Both the position numbers and the translations under genes were made by a program. Source: Candidatus Bathyarchaeia archaeon (GTDB taxonomy: Archaea > Thermoproteota > Bathyarchaeia > 40CM-2-53-6). From it: a stretch of 64,000 nt of DNA. The stretch lies in NCBI GenBank assembly GCA_050013255.1, contig JBEKFP010000002.1:288001-352000 (forward strand), given 5' to 3'. Positions 10,351-20,093 of the stretch are shown in pieces. How positions within the stretch are numbered: position 1 is the first letter of the stretch; every line of letters starts with the position of its first letter. The notes under the pieces are model-generated. The model was not told where the DNA came from and did no database searches. It saw only the letters and a program-made list of their open reading frames with translations.

Positions 10351-10731
10351 TGGGACACGCCCTTTCCCGTTTTTCGCGTTGCTTTTCGGGACATCCTCGG
10401 CTGAAATACGCTCTAAGAGAATCCGCTTTATTTTGTCTTCATCAAGTTCAATCTCGACCCGTTCAATCTTTATTTTCTGAACTTTCCCACTCAACTTCTT
10501 GAATAGCAATTTAGCCGCGAGTTCCGCGGCGAAAGGGGTTGCAATTTCGATTGCTAACTTCACGGTCTCAGGATATGCAAATCCTTCACGAATGATGATT
10601 TCCTCGTATGTTAGGACACAATCCTTGGCAATTTCCTTGGTCATCCCCATGGTAGTTTGTTGTGTTGCGAATAGATCGCATACGAGTAGGAATCCATGCA
10701 GTGCTTCTAACTCAACCTTAATCTTCAACAA
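10348..10731 (-). CDS. Hypothetical protein
   Basis: 127-aa ORF overlapping the upstream ORF, protein-like composition. Confidence 0.5.
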   Translation of the reverse strand: MLKIKVELEALHGFLLVCDLFATQQTTMGMTKEIAKDCVLTYEEIIIREGFAYPETVKLAIEIATPFAAELAAKLLFKKLSGKVQKIKIERVEIELDEDKIKRILLERISAEDVPKSNAKNGKGRVP

Positions 10732-11030
10732 TCTGCAACAGAGCCCTGCAGATTCTTCCTAAGTCTGCTTCGAGTTAGTGGCGGCGTCTGGTTTCTTGCT
10801 TCCTTGATCTCCGTCTTGATTCTTTCCCGCGTTAGTCCCGCTGACCTAGCGCTCCTGAAAATTTTTTGTCTCAACTCTTTGCAGGAATCTCTCAGTGCAA
10901 GATAGCGCAGTGATTTTTCGCCGTTGCCATTCTTAATTTCTTCGAACAGGTCGTCACACGCGTTTTCCCGTTCAGCCAAGTCATGGATTCTGTTGTGGAA
11001 CTCATGAAAACCTGTCGTCATCACAATCAC
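10725..11030 (-). CDS. Hypothetical helical protein
   Basis: 101-aa ORF, charged helical composition. Confidence 0.45.
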   Translation of the reverse strand: MIVMTTGFHEFHNRIHDLAERENACDDLFEEIKNGNGEKSLRYLALRDSCKELRQKIFRSARSAGLTRERIKTEIKEARNQTPPLTRSRLRKNLQGSVADC

Positions 11031-11822
11031 AGCCTCATTGGGCTGGTCGGTTTAAAGTGCTTAGGCCAACTAGAATCGCATAAACAGGTGAATCATTGTT
11101 TCAGGTTGCCGTGAAAGCTGCTATCAGGTGTGAACTTTGCATCACCCCTTTTTTTCCTTCTCAGCCTTCCCCCCTCAACCACTCAATATTGATGACGCAT
11201 ACAAGATAGTCAAGCAAAAGGTCCATCTCTGGGGAACCGCAAGTAGTTGGTGGGCGCGTAAGAATGGAGAGAGTTGTTCCTGGGTGTCCAGGCTGCGGTG
11301 GAAAAATGATTTTCTATTCCAGTGACGCTTATTCGGAACATTACATCTGTCCGGCTTGCGACCGGTTTCTGGGGATTCCAAGACCGATTGACTTCTTCCG
11401 TAAGTGAGTCCCGCCATCATTGGATCTAAAGGTCTTGCACCGCAGGCCGGACATGATTCCCGTAACGTCATGCCTTTGTGCATGTGGTTCCCTTGGTGCG
11501 CACACACGGGTTTCCCAATCTTTGCTACAATACTGGGAAAAGTGGCGCTCCTAGAACACGACTAGGATCGGTCTTAGGTAAAGCCCATGTAAAGCGACAT
11601 TCAGAGATCATTGTTCTTGTTCTCAGCAAGATAATGATAAGGTGATTCCTTCCTGAATCGCTCATAGTGCACTCTCACATTATCGACAAATCGGCCAAAA
11701 TCCATTCTATACGAAGATCCGTCGAACGGTGCCCGCGAATAGTCAATCGACTCAATCTTCCTAGATTCCCACGCTTCCATATCATGGACATGGCAATACG
11801 TTAAGTAGCTCGGTCCGCAACG

Positions 11823-12014
11823 GTGGCGTGTGAACACCTCATGGCGAACAAAGCAGGCCCACAAAGTAACTGCGGAGAATGTGGCAAAGACTTAGTCCAT
11901 AGGCCCGTCCGTAACTGGGGCACATGTGAAGCATGCGAAGTTATGTTCTGTAAGAACTGCCTTCAAGTATTCCACAACTTGAATTGTGAGAGTTTACGAA
12001 TAACGCCACACTAA
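11823..12014 (+). CDS. Small Cys-rich zinc-finger protein
   Basis: CGEC...CEAC..FCKNC..H..C. Confidence 0.4.
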   Translation: MACEHLMANKAGPQSNCGECGKDLVHRPVRNWGTCEACEVMFCKNCLQVFHNLNCESLRITPH

Positions 12015-12142
12015 CGGTGCTGGTACATCGCCGTCGGAGGACTCACATGCATGTCAAACTTATCCTAGGAAGACTTAGCTTTGATGTGATCACACCGTCG
12101 TCATTCAACGTTCTTAATGGTAAGCAAATGGACGGCCATGAT

Positions 12143-12274
12143 TTACGGTGTAGTTGCTTCTCGCTGGCCATTCCTCAGCTCGCTTAATAGTTCGTCATCG
12201 GTCAACGGGCTCTTTCGTTCAATGACGTCAATCACAGACAGCTGTAATGGTCGTGGTCCGTACACTTTTTCCAA
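12143..12274 (-). pseudogene. Truncated small winged-helix protein downstream of cdc48
   Basis: MEKVYGPRPLQLSVIDVIERKSPLTDDELLSELRNG then premature stop; resembles the N-half of the small wHTH I recall following cdc48 in TACK genomes. Confidence 0.5.
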
Positions 12275-12290
12275 CGAGCGGTCACTTGGC

Positions 12291-14471
12291 CTAGGCTATC
12301 GGCGAACGTGCTGCGGCTCTTTCTCTTCTAAGCCTCTTCGAGAATTTCTGGTACCATGCGTCGTCTTCGGGGGCTATGCTAGGACCAACTCGTTCCATCG
12401 CTTCATCAAAATCCCGCCTTGAGACCTCTGAGGCATCTACGTCTTCTCGTAAAGCGTTCATGGCCGCTTCTCTGCAGATTGCTTCAATGTCTGCACCTGA
12501 ATAGCCTTGTGCTTTCCTTGCGAGTTCATCCAATGACACGTCTTTAGAGAGGGGCATTGAGCCTGCGTGAATTCCGAATATCTCCTTGAGTGACTCGAAG
12601 TCTGGCGAGGGAACGTAGATCAGTCTATCGAATCTTCCCGGCCTCATCACTGCTGGATCTAGCATGTCCGGCCGATTGGTGGCTGCGATTACGAGAACGT
12701 TCTGCAATGTTTCTATGCCGTCGATTTCAGTCAGGAGCTGACTTATCACCCGTTGGCTGGCTCCAGAATCAGCGTATCCCAATCCGCGTCTCGGCACTAT
12801 GGCATCCAATTCATCGAAGAATATTATTGCAGGAGCTGCGGTTCTTCCTTTTCGAAAGACTTCGCGGATAGCCTTCTCTGACTCTCCAACCCACTTGGAG
12901 AATATTTCTGGACCTTTTATTGAAATGAAATTGGCCTCGCTTTCTGTTGCTACCGCTCGTGCTAGGAGCGTCTTACCGGAACCAGGTGGTCCGTAGAGCA
13001 GGATTCCACGCGGCGGATTGATTCCCATTCTCTTGAATACTTCAGGCTTCTTAATCGGCCATTCAACAGATTCCATAAGTTCCTGTTTGACTTGCTTCAA
13101 ACCACCGACCTGTGTCCATTGTACCTGCGGGACTTCGACGTAGACTTCGCGCATTGCTGTAGGCGTGATCTCTCGGTATGCTGACGTGAAGTCCTCCATC
13201 TTGACAACCATTTTTTCGAGGATTTCGGGCGCAATGCGTTCCTTCTCCAAGTTGGTTTCTGGTATGTACCGTCGGAGCGCCTTCATCGCCGCTTCTCGAC
13301 ATAGCGAGGCAATGTCGGCTCCAGTGTATCCATGTGTCACGTCTGCAAGTCGCTTCAGATCCATGTTTTCACCGAGCGGCATATTCCTCGTATGAATCTG
13401 GAGCGCTTCATATCTTCCCGCTTTGTCTGGAACTCCGATCTCGATTTCGCGGTCGAATCTCCCGGGTCGACGCAGTGCTGGGTCGATTGCGTTCGGCCGG
13501 TTGGTTGCACCGATTACTATTACGTTGCCGCGAGATCCCATTCCATCCATCAAAGACAGGAGCTGTGCGACGACTCGACGTTCTACTTCGCCCGTTACTT
13601 CTTCACGTTTTGGTGCGATCGCATCCATTTCGTCAATGAAGATTATGCTAGGCGATGTCTCCTGTGCTTTTTGGAATATCTCCCGTAATCTCGCTTCTGA
13701 TTCCCCATAGAACTTTGACATTATCTCCGGTCCGGAGATCACGTAGAAGTTTGCGTCAGACTCGTTAGCAAGAACTTTTGCGAGAAGTGTCTTGCCGCAA
13801 CCTGGAAATCCATACAGAAATACTCCTCTAGGTGGCTCGATACCAAGTCGCTGGAAAAGTTCCGGATGTCTGAGAGGCAGTTCTACCATCTCACGTATTC
13901 TTTGTATCTCTTCGTGTAGACCGCCTATGTCTTCGTACGTTACTATCGAGATCCCTTTCTTCTCGGGCGTCGGCTCACTCAATACTTGGACATGAGCTGT
14001 CTCTGTAATCTTCACTGGGCCATGCGGACGTGTTCTCGTGACTATCAACGGAACGGCGCTTCCGAAGATCGAAAGAAGAGTCATCTCTCCTTCAACAAAC
14101 GGCATGTCCATAAATCGTCTTTTCACGAAACGCACAAATTCCTCGTCCACACTCAGGCGTACATCTGTTGGCGCGAACACGATCGCTTCGGCCTCTTTCA
14201 CGTCTGCCTTTCTAACGTTGACGTACTCGTTTAGAGCAACACCCGCATTCCTTCGAATAAGGCCGTCCATCCTTACAATTTCTTGTCCTTGATCTTCAGC
14301 GTACGCGGGCCATGCTACAGCTACAGTCATCTTTTTCCCATGAATTTCAACAAAATCTCCCGCAGTGATTCCGAGCTTCTGCATCGTGTCGTTGTCAATG
14401 CGGACCTTGCCGTGCCCAACATCTCGCTGCCTGGCGTCAGCAACCTTCAAAGAGATTTCTCTACTACTCAT
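12291..14471 (-). CDS. cdc48: CDC48/VCP AAA+ ATPase
   Basis: 726 aa, N-domain plus two AAA modules (GxPGCGKT/IDEMD; GPPGSGKT/FDELD; RPGRFDR). Confidence 0.97.
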   Translation of the reverse strand: MSSREISLKVADARQRDVGHGKVRIDNDTMQKLGITAGDFVEIHGKKMTVAVAWPAYAEDQGQEIVRMDGLIRRNAGVALNEYVNVRKADVKEAEAIVFAPTDVRLSVDEEFVRFVKRRFMDMPFVEGEMTLLSIFGSAVPLIVTRTRPHGPVKITETAHVQVLSEPTPEKKGISIVTYEDIGGLHEEIQRIREMVELPLRHPELFQRLGIEPPRGVFLYGFPGCGKTLLAKVLANESDANFYVISGPEIMSKFYGESEARLREIFQKAQETSPSIIFIDEMDAIAPKREEVTGEVERRVVAQLLSLMDGMGSRGNVIVIGATNRPNAIDPALRRPGRFDREIEIGVPDKAGRYEALQIHTRNMPLGENMDLKRLADVTHGYTGADIASLCREAAMKALRRYIPETNLEKERIAPEILEKMVVKMEDFTSAYREITPTAMREVYVEVPQVQWTQVGGLKQVKQELMESVEWPIKKPEVFKRMGINPPRGILLYGPPGSGKTLLARAVATESEANFISIKGPEIFSKWVGESEKAIREVFRKGRTAAPAIIFFDELDAIVPRRGLGYADSGASQRVISQLLTEIDGIETLQNVLVIAATNRPDMLDPAVMRPGRFDRLIYVPSPDFESLKEIFGIHAGSMPLSKDVSLDELARKAQGYSGADIEAICREAAMNALREDVDASEVSRRDFDEAMERVGPSIAPEDDAWYQKFSKRLRRERAAARSPIA

Positions 14472-14483
14472 TCTCTCATTCTC

Positions 14484-14750
14484 TCAGAATACATTAGGAT
14501 TCGTGCCGACCAGACCGAATCTCCAGTCTCGTTTCCAGACCTTCTCTGCCACAGGAAAGGGGAGCACGGCATTGTAGAAGTCAAAACTGTGAAAGCCAGG
14601 TATCGGACGAATACCCTTAACGAGGATGCGGAATAGCTCTCTTGCGGCATGGGCATCGACTGTGAAAATCATGCCCGTTTTACCGCCAGACGTCTTCCAT
14701 AGTTGCGCTAACAAGCCTTCGCGTGCTGGTTCCCTCGATATCAAAGCCAT
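14484..14750 (-). CDS. Hypothetical protein upstream of cdc48
   Basis: 88-aa ATG ORF with GTGA upstream, ends 12 nt before cdc48. Confidence 0.55.
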   Translation of the reverse strand: MALISREPAREGLLAQLWKTSGGKTGMIFTVDAHAARELFRILVKGIRPIPGFHSFDFYNAVLPFPVAEKVWKRDWRFGLVGTNPNVF

Positions 14751-14885
14751 AGTGATATCTCACGTTGGCTATTCGCGACGATTAATCCTATGGATCGTAT
14801 TTGTGAGGGCTTCAACTTCTGAAGTGCAGACTCGAATATCTGTTTGGAGGGTTTTCGCCCCCTGAAGATGGTTGCGTGTCAACAA

Positions 14886-16166
14886 CTACGAAACCCGCCG
14901 GTTTTTCATAAATGCGTAGCTTCGGCGGTGCGAATATCGGAAGTTTGAACGGGGAGGGTGCCTTGAGTACTGATGGGATCTTCTTTCGAACGCGCGTCGA
15001 GTTTCATCGCTGGATCTGCTCGATCCCTCTCTCCTAGCGGTGAATGCGTCCGGGCCAGAGCTGAAGTTAAGTCGCTCAATCCGGTCGTCTGCCATCGATT
15101 GTATTGTCCGAAAGTCGACATTTTGCTCCGTGGATACTATCGTCACTGCGGTTCCTGTCTTGCCAGCTCGTCCGGTTCGACCAATCCTGTGAAAGTAAGT
15201 ATACGGATTCTGAGGAACGTCATAGTTGATGATGTGTGTAACTCCGTCAACATCTAAGCCTCTTCCGGCCAGGTCAGTGGCAACTAGGATACGACTCTGA
15301 CCGCTTCGAAATGCGTTCATTGCTCTATCGCGTTGATGTTGGGTGAGGTCACCGTTTAGTGCTATGGCATCTTGATTTCTTCTCCCGAGTGATTGGTTCA
15401 GCCAGAATGTGCTGCGTTTGGTTCGACAGAAAACTATGGCACGTTGTACTTCTTTGTCCTGCAGGATTCTTAGGAGCGCATCAAGTTTTCTTTCTTGGTC
15501 CACTTGGTAGTAGTATTGGCTGATCTCCTTGACATTGAGGTCCTCCGGTTCGATCAGGACTTCGCGAGGGTTCTTCATATGCCTACGGGCAAGTTTCAGT
15601 ACTTCCTTGGGCATCGTAGCGGAGAAGAACGCGATTTGACGTTTACTCCTAGTCTTAGTTAGAATATGCTCAACGTCATCAATGAAACCCATGTCCAGCA
15701 TTCTGTCAGCCTCATCCAGAACAACGCACTGGACTTTTTCAAGGTGAAGGGATCCACGTTCTATATGGTCGATGACTCGTCCTGGTGTTCCAACTATGAT
15801 CTGCGGGCAATCTCTCAAGGCGCGTATTTGCAGATTAATTGATTGGCCACCATAGATTGCAAGAGCGTGCTTGCGAGTGAATCTGCCATACGAGTTGATA
15901 TCGCTGGCTACTTGCACTGCAAGCTCGCGTGTCGGAACGAGCACCAGCGCCTGAATGTTCAGGTTCTTTTCGTCAACGATCTCCAGGAGCGGTAGGCCGA
16001 AGGCAGCGGTCTTTCCAGTTCCAGTATGCGCTTGACCAATGACATCGCTTCCGTGCCGCAGAAGCGGAATAGTTGCTTCTTGGATCGGAAACTGTTTCTC
16101 GAATCCAAGTGCCTTGATAGCGTCCAATATTTCTGGGCTTAAGCCCAGTTTCTCGAAATTACTCAT
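14886..16166 (-). CDS. DEAD-box RNA helicase
   Basis: Q motif, AHTGTGKT, PTRELA, DEAD, SAT, HRIGRTGRAG, Arg/Ser-rich tail. Confidence 0.95.
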   Translation of the reverse strand: MSNFEKLGLSPEILDAIKALGFEKQFPIQEATIPLLRHGSDVIGQAHTGTGKTAAFGLPLLEIVDEKNLNIQALVLVPTRELAVQVASDINSYGRFTRKHALAIYGGQSINLQIRALRDCPQIIVGTPGRVIDHIERGSLHLEKVQCVVLDEADRMLDMGFIDDVEHILTKTRSKRQIAFFSATMPKEVLKLARRHMKNPREVLIEPEDLNVKEISQYYYQVDQERKLDALLRILQDKEVQRAIVFCRTKRSTFWLNQSLGRRNQDAIALNGDLTQHQRDRAMNAFRSGQSRILVATDLAGRGLDVDGVTHIINYDVPQNPYTYFHRIGRTGRAGKTGTAVTIVSTEQNVDFRTIQSMADDRIERLNFSSGPDAFTARREGSSRSSDETRRAFERRSHQYSRHPPRSNFRYSHRRSYAFMKNRRVS

Positions 16167-16587
16167 TGATTATCTCCTTATCCTCCATTCATGTCGCAGG
16201 TCTGAAATGAAGGCCGAAAACTGATTCCATCTCGGTCTTTGACCCATTGTGGGAACGAGACTTCGGTTGTTTCCTCGGACTTCCGCGACTTCGGTCAGTT
16301 GCAACAAGAAGAAGAACATGCGGGCAATTGTTGTAAATGACTCGCGTCTCTCGTTCTCGACAACTAACTTTGTGTGTTCTTGCCGTCGTTCTATATAAGG
16401 ATAGAAAGGCAAGTTTCGTGAGTAATCTTGGTTAGAAGATGAAATCGTCTATCTTCTCAGTAACAGGGAATAGTACATCAGTTAACAGAATAATGTTCCA
16501 CGTCACACTGTCCTTTTCGTTTTCAAGTATTTATCCATGGGATTCTCGTCTGAGAAGTGGTGCGGCCGCCGGGATTCGGACCCGGGT

Positions 16588-16611
16588 TTCCTCGTTGCTG
16601 CGATTGCAACT
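16588..16611 (-). other. tRNA intron 3 (24 nt, variable loop 45/46, BHB)
   Basis: CCTC|AA^A|GTTGC-loop-GCAAC|GAGG|AA^A. Confidence 0.85.
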
Positions 16612-16644
16612 TTGAGGCTTGGGAAGCCCCCGTCATAGACCAGG

Positions 16645-16673
16645 CTATCCCTCCAACCTTTCCAGGTTGGGAA
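16645..16673 (-). other. tRNA intron 2 (29 nt, D-loop 15/16, BHB)
   Basis: GTCC|AG^T|..CCAACCT GGAA AGGTTGG..|GGAT|AG^C. Confidence 0.85.
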
Positions 16674-16685
16674 CTGGACCACGGC

Positions 16686-16707
16686 CTAATGGAGCAATCC
16701 GTGCTCA
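16686..16707 (-). other. tRNA intron 1 (22 nt, position 3/4, BHB)
   Basis: AGTG|CG^T|GAGCA-loop-TGCTC|CATT|AG^G. Confidence 0.85.
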
Positions 16708-16968
16708 CGCACTCAAAGTCCAGCCACGACGACCGCAAATCCGGAAAGCATCGAGCTCACAATAAAAATCTCCCGACTCACGTGGAACAAAACATCATGG
16801 AAACCCATCCCATAAGGCGCCTCAGATATCTTTGAGATTCTAGAACCGGGACCCTATCCGTTGGCATGCGGGGAAGTGGCAGAAGCGTTTCAATCGGGCG
16901 CGGCCTAACTACTCGTGGGAACGCTATGGTCACGCGTTGAAACAGTTAGGCTTGGGAAAGGGTGCGGC

Positions 16969-19186
16969 CTAGGCTTCCATGAAGTCTTCTGCCTTCTGCG
17001 GTTCGGGGGGTAGGCCTTTACGTTCGCGAATGCCGGTGATGATTTGGTTTAGTAGGGAATTCGGGACGGGTGCCCAACGGGAAAACTCCAATCCCCAGAA
17101 TGCCCGCCCTTGGGAAGCGCCGCGCATGACCTCTGAGAGGTCGAAGGTTTCCGCTGTTGGGAGTTCCCCAACCACGTAGACTAGGTGGCCGCGTTGGTCG
17201 ACTGAGAGGATTTTCCCGCGTTTCTGTGAGATTACACTCGTCGCGGCTCCTAGTAGTTCTGGTGGTACCTTCACCGTGATTTTTTGGACTGGTTCCAGTA
17301 GAACTGGGTTTGCGCTGAGGAATGCCACGAAGAACGCCCTTCTGCTCATTGGCATGATTTGGGCCGGTCCTCTGTGCACTGGGTCTTCGTGAAGTGAGAC
17401 ATCCGTGACCTTTACCCTGACCCCTCGAATCTGCTCATACGCGAGGGGGCCTTCTTTTATTCCCCAGCGGTAACCTGCAATAACCATTTCCTTGACCTCT
17501 TGGACGTATTGGGCCCCTTTCGTCACTTCCAAAAGCATGTTGCTTCCCTCGTCAACGCTCCACACCCCACGGGCTTCGTCAGCAGGCCATCCTTCTTCTC
17601 GAAGTACCTTGGCCATTTCATGTTTGTCCTGGTATTCCCCAATCTTGCCCTCCTTGATCATGTCGACGATTTTGTCGGGCAGGGGTTCAACTTCCAGGTA
17701 GATCTTGTTGTGCTTGTTAGGTGACTTGCCTTCCACAGGCCCGGCGGTGCCTCTGATGCTTTCGCGGTAAATCACGATTGGTTTGGAGGTTACTATTTCC
17801 AACCCGGTTTTCGTTATTAGCGTGTTCGCTATTTCCAAGTGCAGCGTGCCCATTCCGGCTATGAGGTACTCGCCGGTTTCTTCGTTGATCTTCGTCACGA
17901 GGTTCGGGTCTTCGAGGGTCAACCTTCGCAGTACTTCCACGAGTTTAGGAAGGTCCCTGCTGTATTTCGGTTCGACGGCCATCGTAACGACGGGTTCGGT
18001 GACATAGTGGACGGCTTCGAAGGGCGCGATGTCCTTTATCGTTGATAGTGTCTCGCCGGCCTTCGCAGCATCTAAGCCTAGAAGGGCGGGTATATTGCCT
18101 GCGCTTAATGTGCCCACGATTTCTCGGTATGGCCCCATGAAGATGCATACCTGCTGAACTCTCTGGTCAACTCTTGCTCCGAGTAAGTGGAATGTTGACG
18201 CTTCATGGATTGTTCCTGAGAATAGCCTGCCGCTGGCGACGACCCCAGCTTGCGGGTCAACAACAATGTTCGTGATCGCCATAACTACTGGGCCGTTGTC
18301 GTCGCAGTTCATCATGGCTTGGCCGACTTCGCTGTTTATGTCCCCCTTCCAAATCTTCGGAATCCGATACTTCTGTGCTACATGTGGCGGGGGCAGATGC
18401 TCCACTGCCATGTTGAGGATGGCTTCGTCAAGCGATGCTCGCTCTTTTAGTTCGCTTACCTTTTCGTTCAGGTAGGCGTCGACGACATCGGAGAATTTGA
18501 CATTCTTCTCCTTCGCGATTTCCGCGTTGAATCCCCATCGGTCCTTGGCGGAACCCATGGCCACAGTGTTCGATGCGAAGCTTACCTTCCATTTCTCACG
18601 GTACTCAGGTTCAGCGTAGAGCTCGATTAGGCGGTTGAACTCGGTGATTATGCGCCCGACTCTCTCTTGAATCTGCTCGGGCGACAACCTCAATTCTTTG
18701 ATGAGGCGGTCAATCTTGTTAATGTACAGCACAGGCCGCACACGTTCCTCAAGCGCCTGCCTCGTCACCGTCTCCGTCTGAACCATAATCTCCTCAACAG
18801 AATCCACAACTACAACCGCACCGTCAATCGCCCTAAGCGAGCGTGTGACTCTTCCAGAAAAGTCAACGTGGCCTGGTGTGTCGATTAGGTTAATGACGTA
18901 CGGTATCCCATTCCTTTCGTGTAACAGGCTTATGTTCGCAGCCTTAATGGTCATCTGGCGCTTTTGCTCTTCCTCCATGTAATCTAGGGCTAGCGCTGTC
19001 CCAGCCATGCCTGGTGACAGAAGACCAGCAGCTGCAAGGAGGGAGTCGCTCATCGTCGTTTTGCCGTGGTCGACGTGGGCAATGATTCCCATATCTTCCG
19101 GACGCAGAACTAGGCTACGTCATTCGGATTTGTTCCTTGTTAGCTATGATCCTCTGTATTTCCGTCGTAGATTTGTAACGGGGCAT
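16969..19186 (-). CDS. fusA: Elongation factor EF-2, two exons (19123-19186 and 16969-19094), 729 aa after splicing
   Basis: Exon 1 MPRYKSTTEIQRIIANKEQIR + N + MGIIAHVDHGKTT; DTPGHVDF, NKID, diphthamide site HEDPVHRG. Confidence 0.95.
19095..19122 (-). other. 28-nt BHB intron in EF-2 mRNA
   Basis: TCCG|AA^T|GACGTAG-CCTAGTT-CTGCGTC|CGGA|AG^A; removal restores frame and the conserved Asn. Confidence 0.9.
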
Positions 19187-19323
19187 TTTTTCTCAACTCT
19201 GCTCCGAAATCGAGAAGGCAACATGACTCAATATCATTAAAGCATTATGCTTGGTTCTGCCCAGTTTTCGGGGCACCCTTTTGCCCATCCAGTAACGGAG
19301 CACGGCTTACGTTTCTGGCGCTG

Positions 19324-19665
19324 TTAGTTTTCCCTTGGTGTGTCGAGCTGGAGTGTCTTCCAATCATTGATGAAGTTGTAGGCCAAGTAGATCATTGAAA
19401 GCATGAAGAGGGTTCCAAGAACGTCGTCGATAGGGGTATTCGACGGGAGGAAATCTATCGCAATTAATGCTTGTGTGGAAAAATACAGGAGCAATAAGAT
19501 CGCTACTAGGCGAGCACGCTTCATAGTTTTGGCAAGAAGACCGCTCTTGAAGTAGTTCACGCCATAGGCTGCCATTCCAAGAACCAGGATCGAGAGGCCA
19601 ACATTCACTGACGAGAAGAGCAAGCCGACAGGGTCATGCATTTTCCGGTTCCTCCTCTTTGGCAA
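19324..19665 (-). CDS. Small 3-TM membrane protein
   Basis: 113 aa, three hydrophobic helices. Confidence 0.65.
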   Translation of the reverse strand: MPKRRNRKMHDPVGLLFSSVNVGLSILVLGMAAYGVNYFKSGLLAKTMKRARLVAILLLLYFSTQALIAIDFLPSNTPIDDVLGTLFMLSMIYLAYNFINDWKTLQLDTPREN

Positions 19666-19919
19666 GCTCTCTCTTCACTACTCTCTCAAGTGTAGCCAAA
19701 ACTATCTCGCCTAACGTCCCTTTGATAACCCGCTTCCAGATTCGCAACTCACGCTCTGAATCGGGAGAAGTCAAAATTAAGCTGAGACAAGAATGAGATT
19801 GTGATACTACTAAACCTTACTTTGACTCAACTCGCCTTGCTCTTCATTTCGTTTTCTAGATTCGAACTAGAATGGTCTATGCTGACAGGAGGGTAATATT
19901 GAGAGAGTGCTCGGCCTAC

Positions 19920-20093
19920 TTATGCCTCAATTCTCGATTCCGGTTGAGTGCCTTCGAGTAGGGTTACCTTCTCGACCTTCCATCTACGCCAAAAGGGATT
20001 CGTTCGAAGTTCATGAAGTATAGCTTCGCGCAACGCTTTCTCTTGGTCGTTGTCTTCTGGTTTGATGAGTGTTATGATTGCAATCTCGCTCGT
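19920..20093 (-). CDS. Small hypothetical protein with probable ACG start
   Basis: (M)SEIAIITLIKPEDNDQEKALREAILHELRTNPFWRRWKVEKVTLLEG...; GGCGGT 5 nt upstream; no nearby ATG/GTG/TTG in frame. Confidence 0.4.
   Translation of the reverse strand, partial: TSEIAIITLIKPEDNDQEKALREAILHELRTNPFWRRWKVEKVTLLEGTQPESRIEA

Larger units (their letters stand above)
16558..16710 (-). tRNA. tRNA-Gly(CCC) with three introns, CCA encoded
   Basis: Spliced: GCGGCCG TG GTCC AGCCTGGTCTA TGAC G GGGGC TTCCCAA GCCTC AAAC CCGGG TCCGAAT CCCGG CGGCCGC ACCA. Confidence 0.92.

Noticed and set aside
13790-13815. CDC48 first Walker A reads GFPGCGKT rather than GPPG
   Set aside because: Substitution at a variable P-loop position; GKT is intact
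16849-16965. Hammerhead or twister ribozyme identity
   Set aside because: No CUGANGA core; twister-like words (GCCUAAC, CCCAAGCC) are not in the required order or pairing
19095-19122. EF-2 interruption as a simple frameshift error, programmed frameshift or spliceosomal intron
   Set aside because: It is a 28-nt insert with its own hairpin and exact BHB cut sites that regenerate the conserved Asn; it starts TG, not GT, so the terminal AG is part of the bulge
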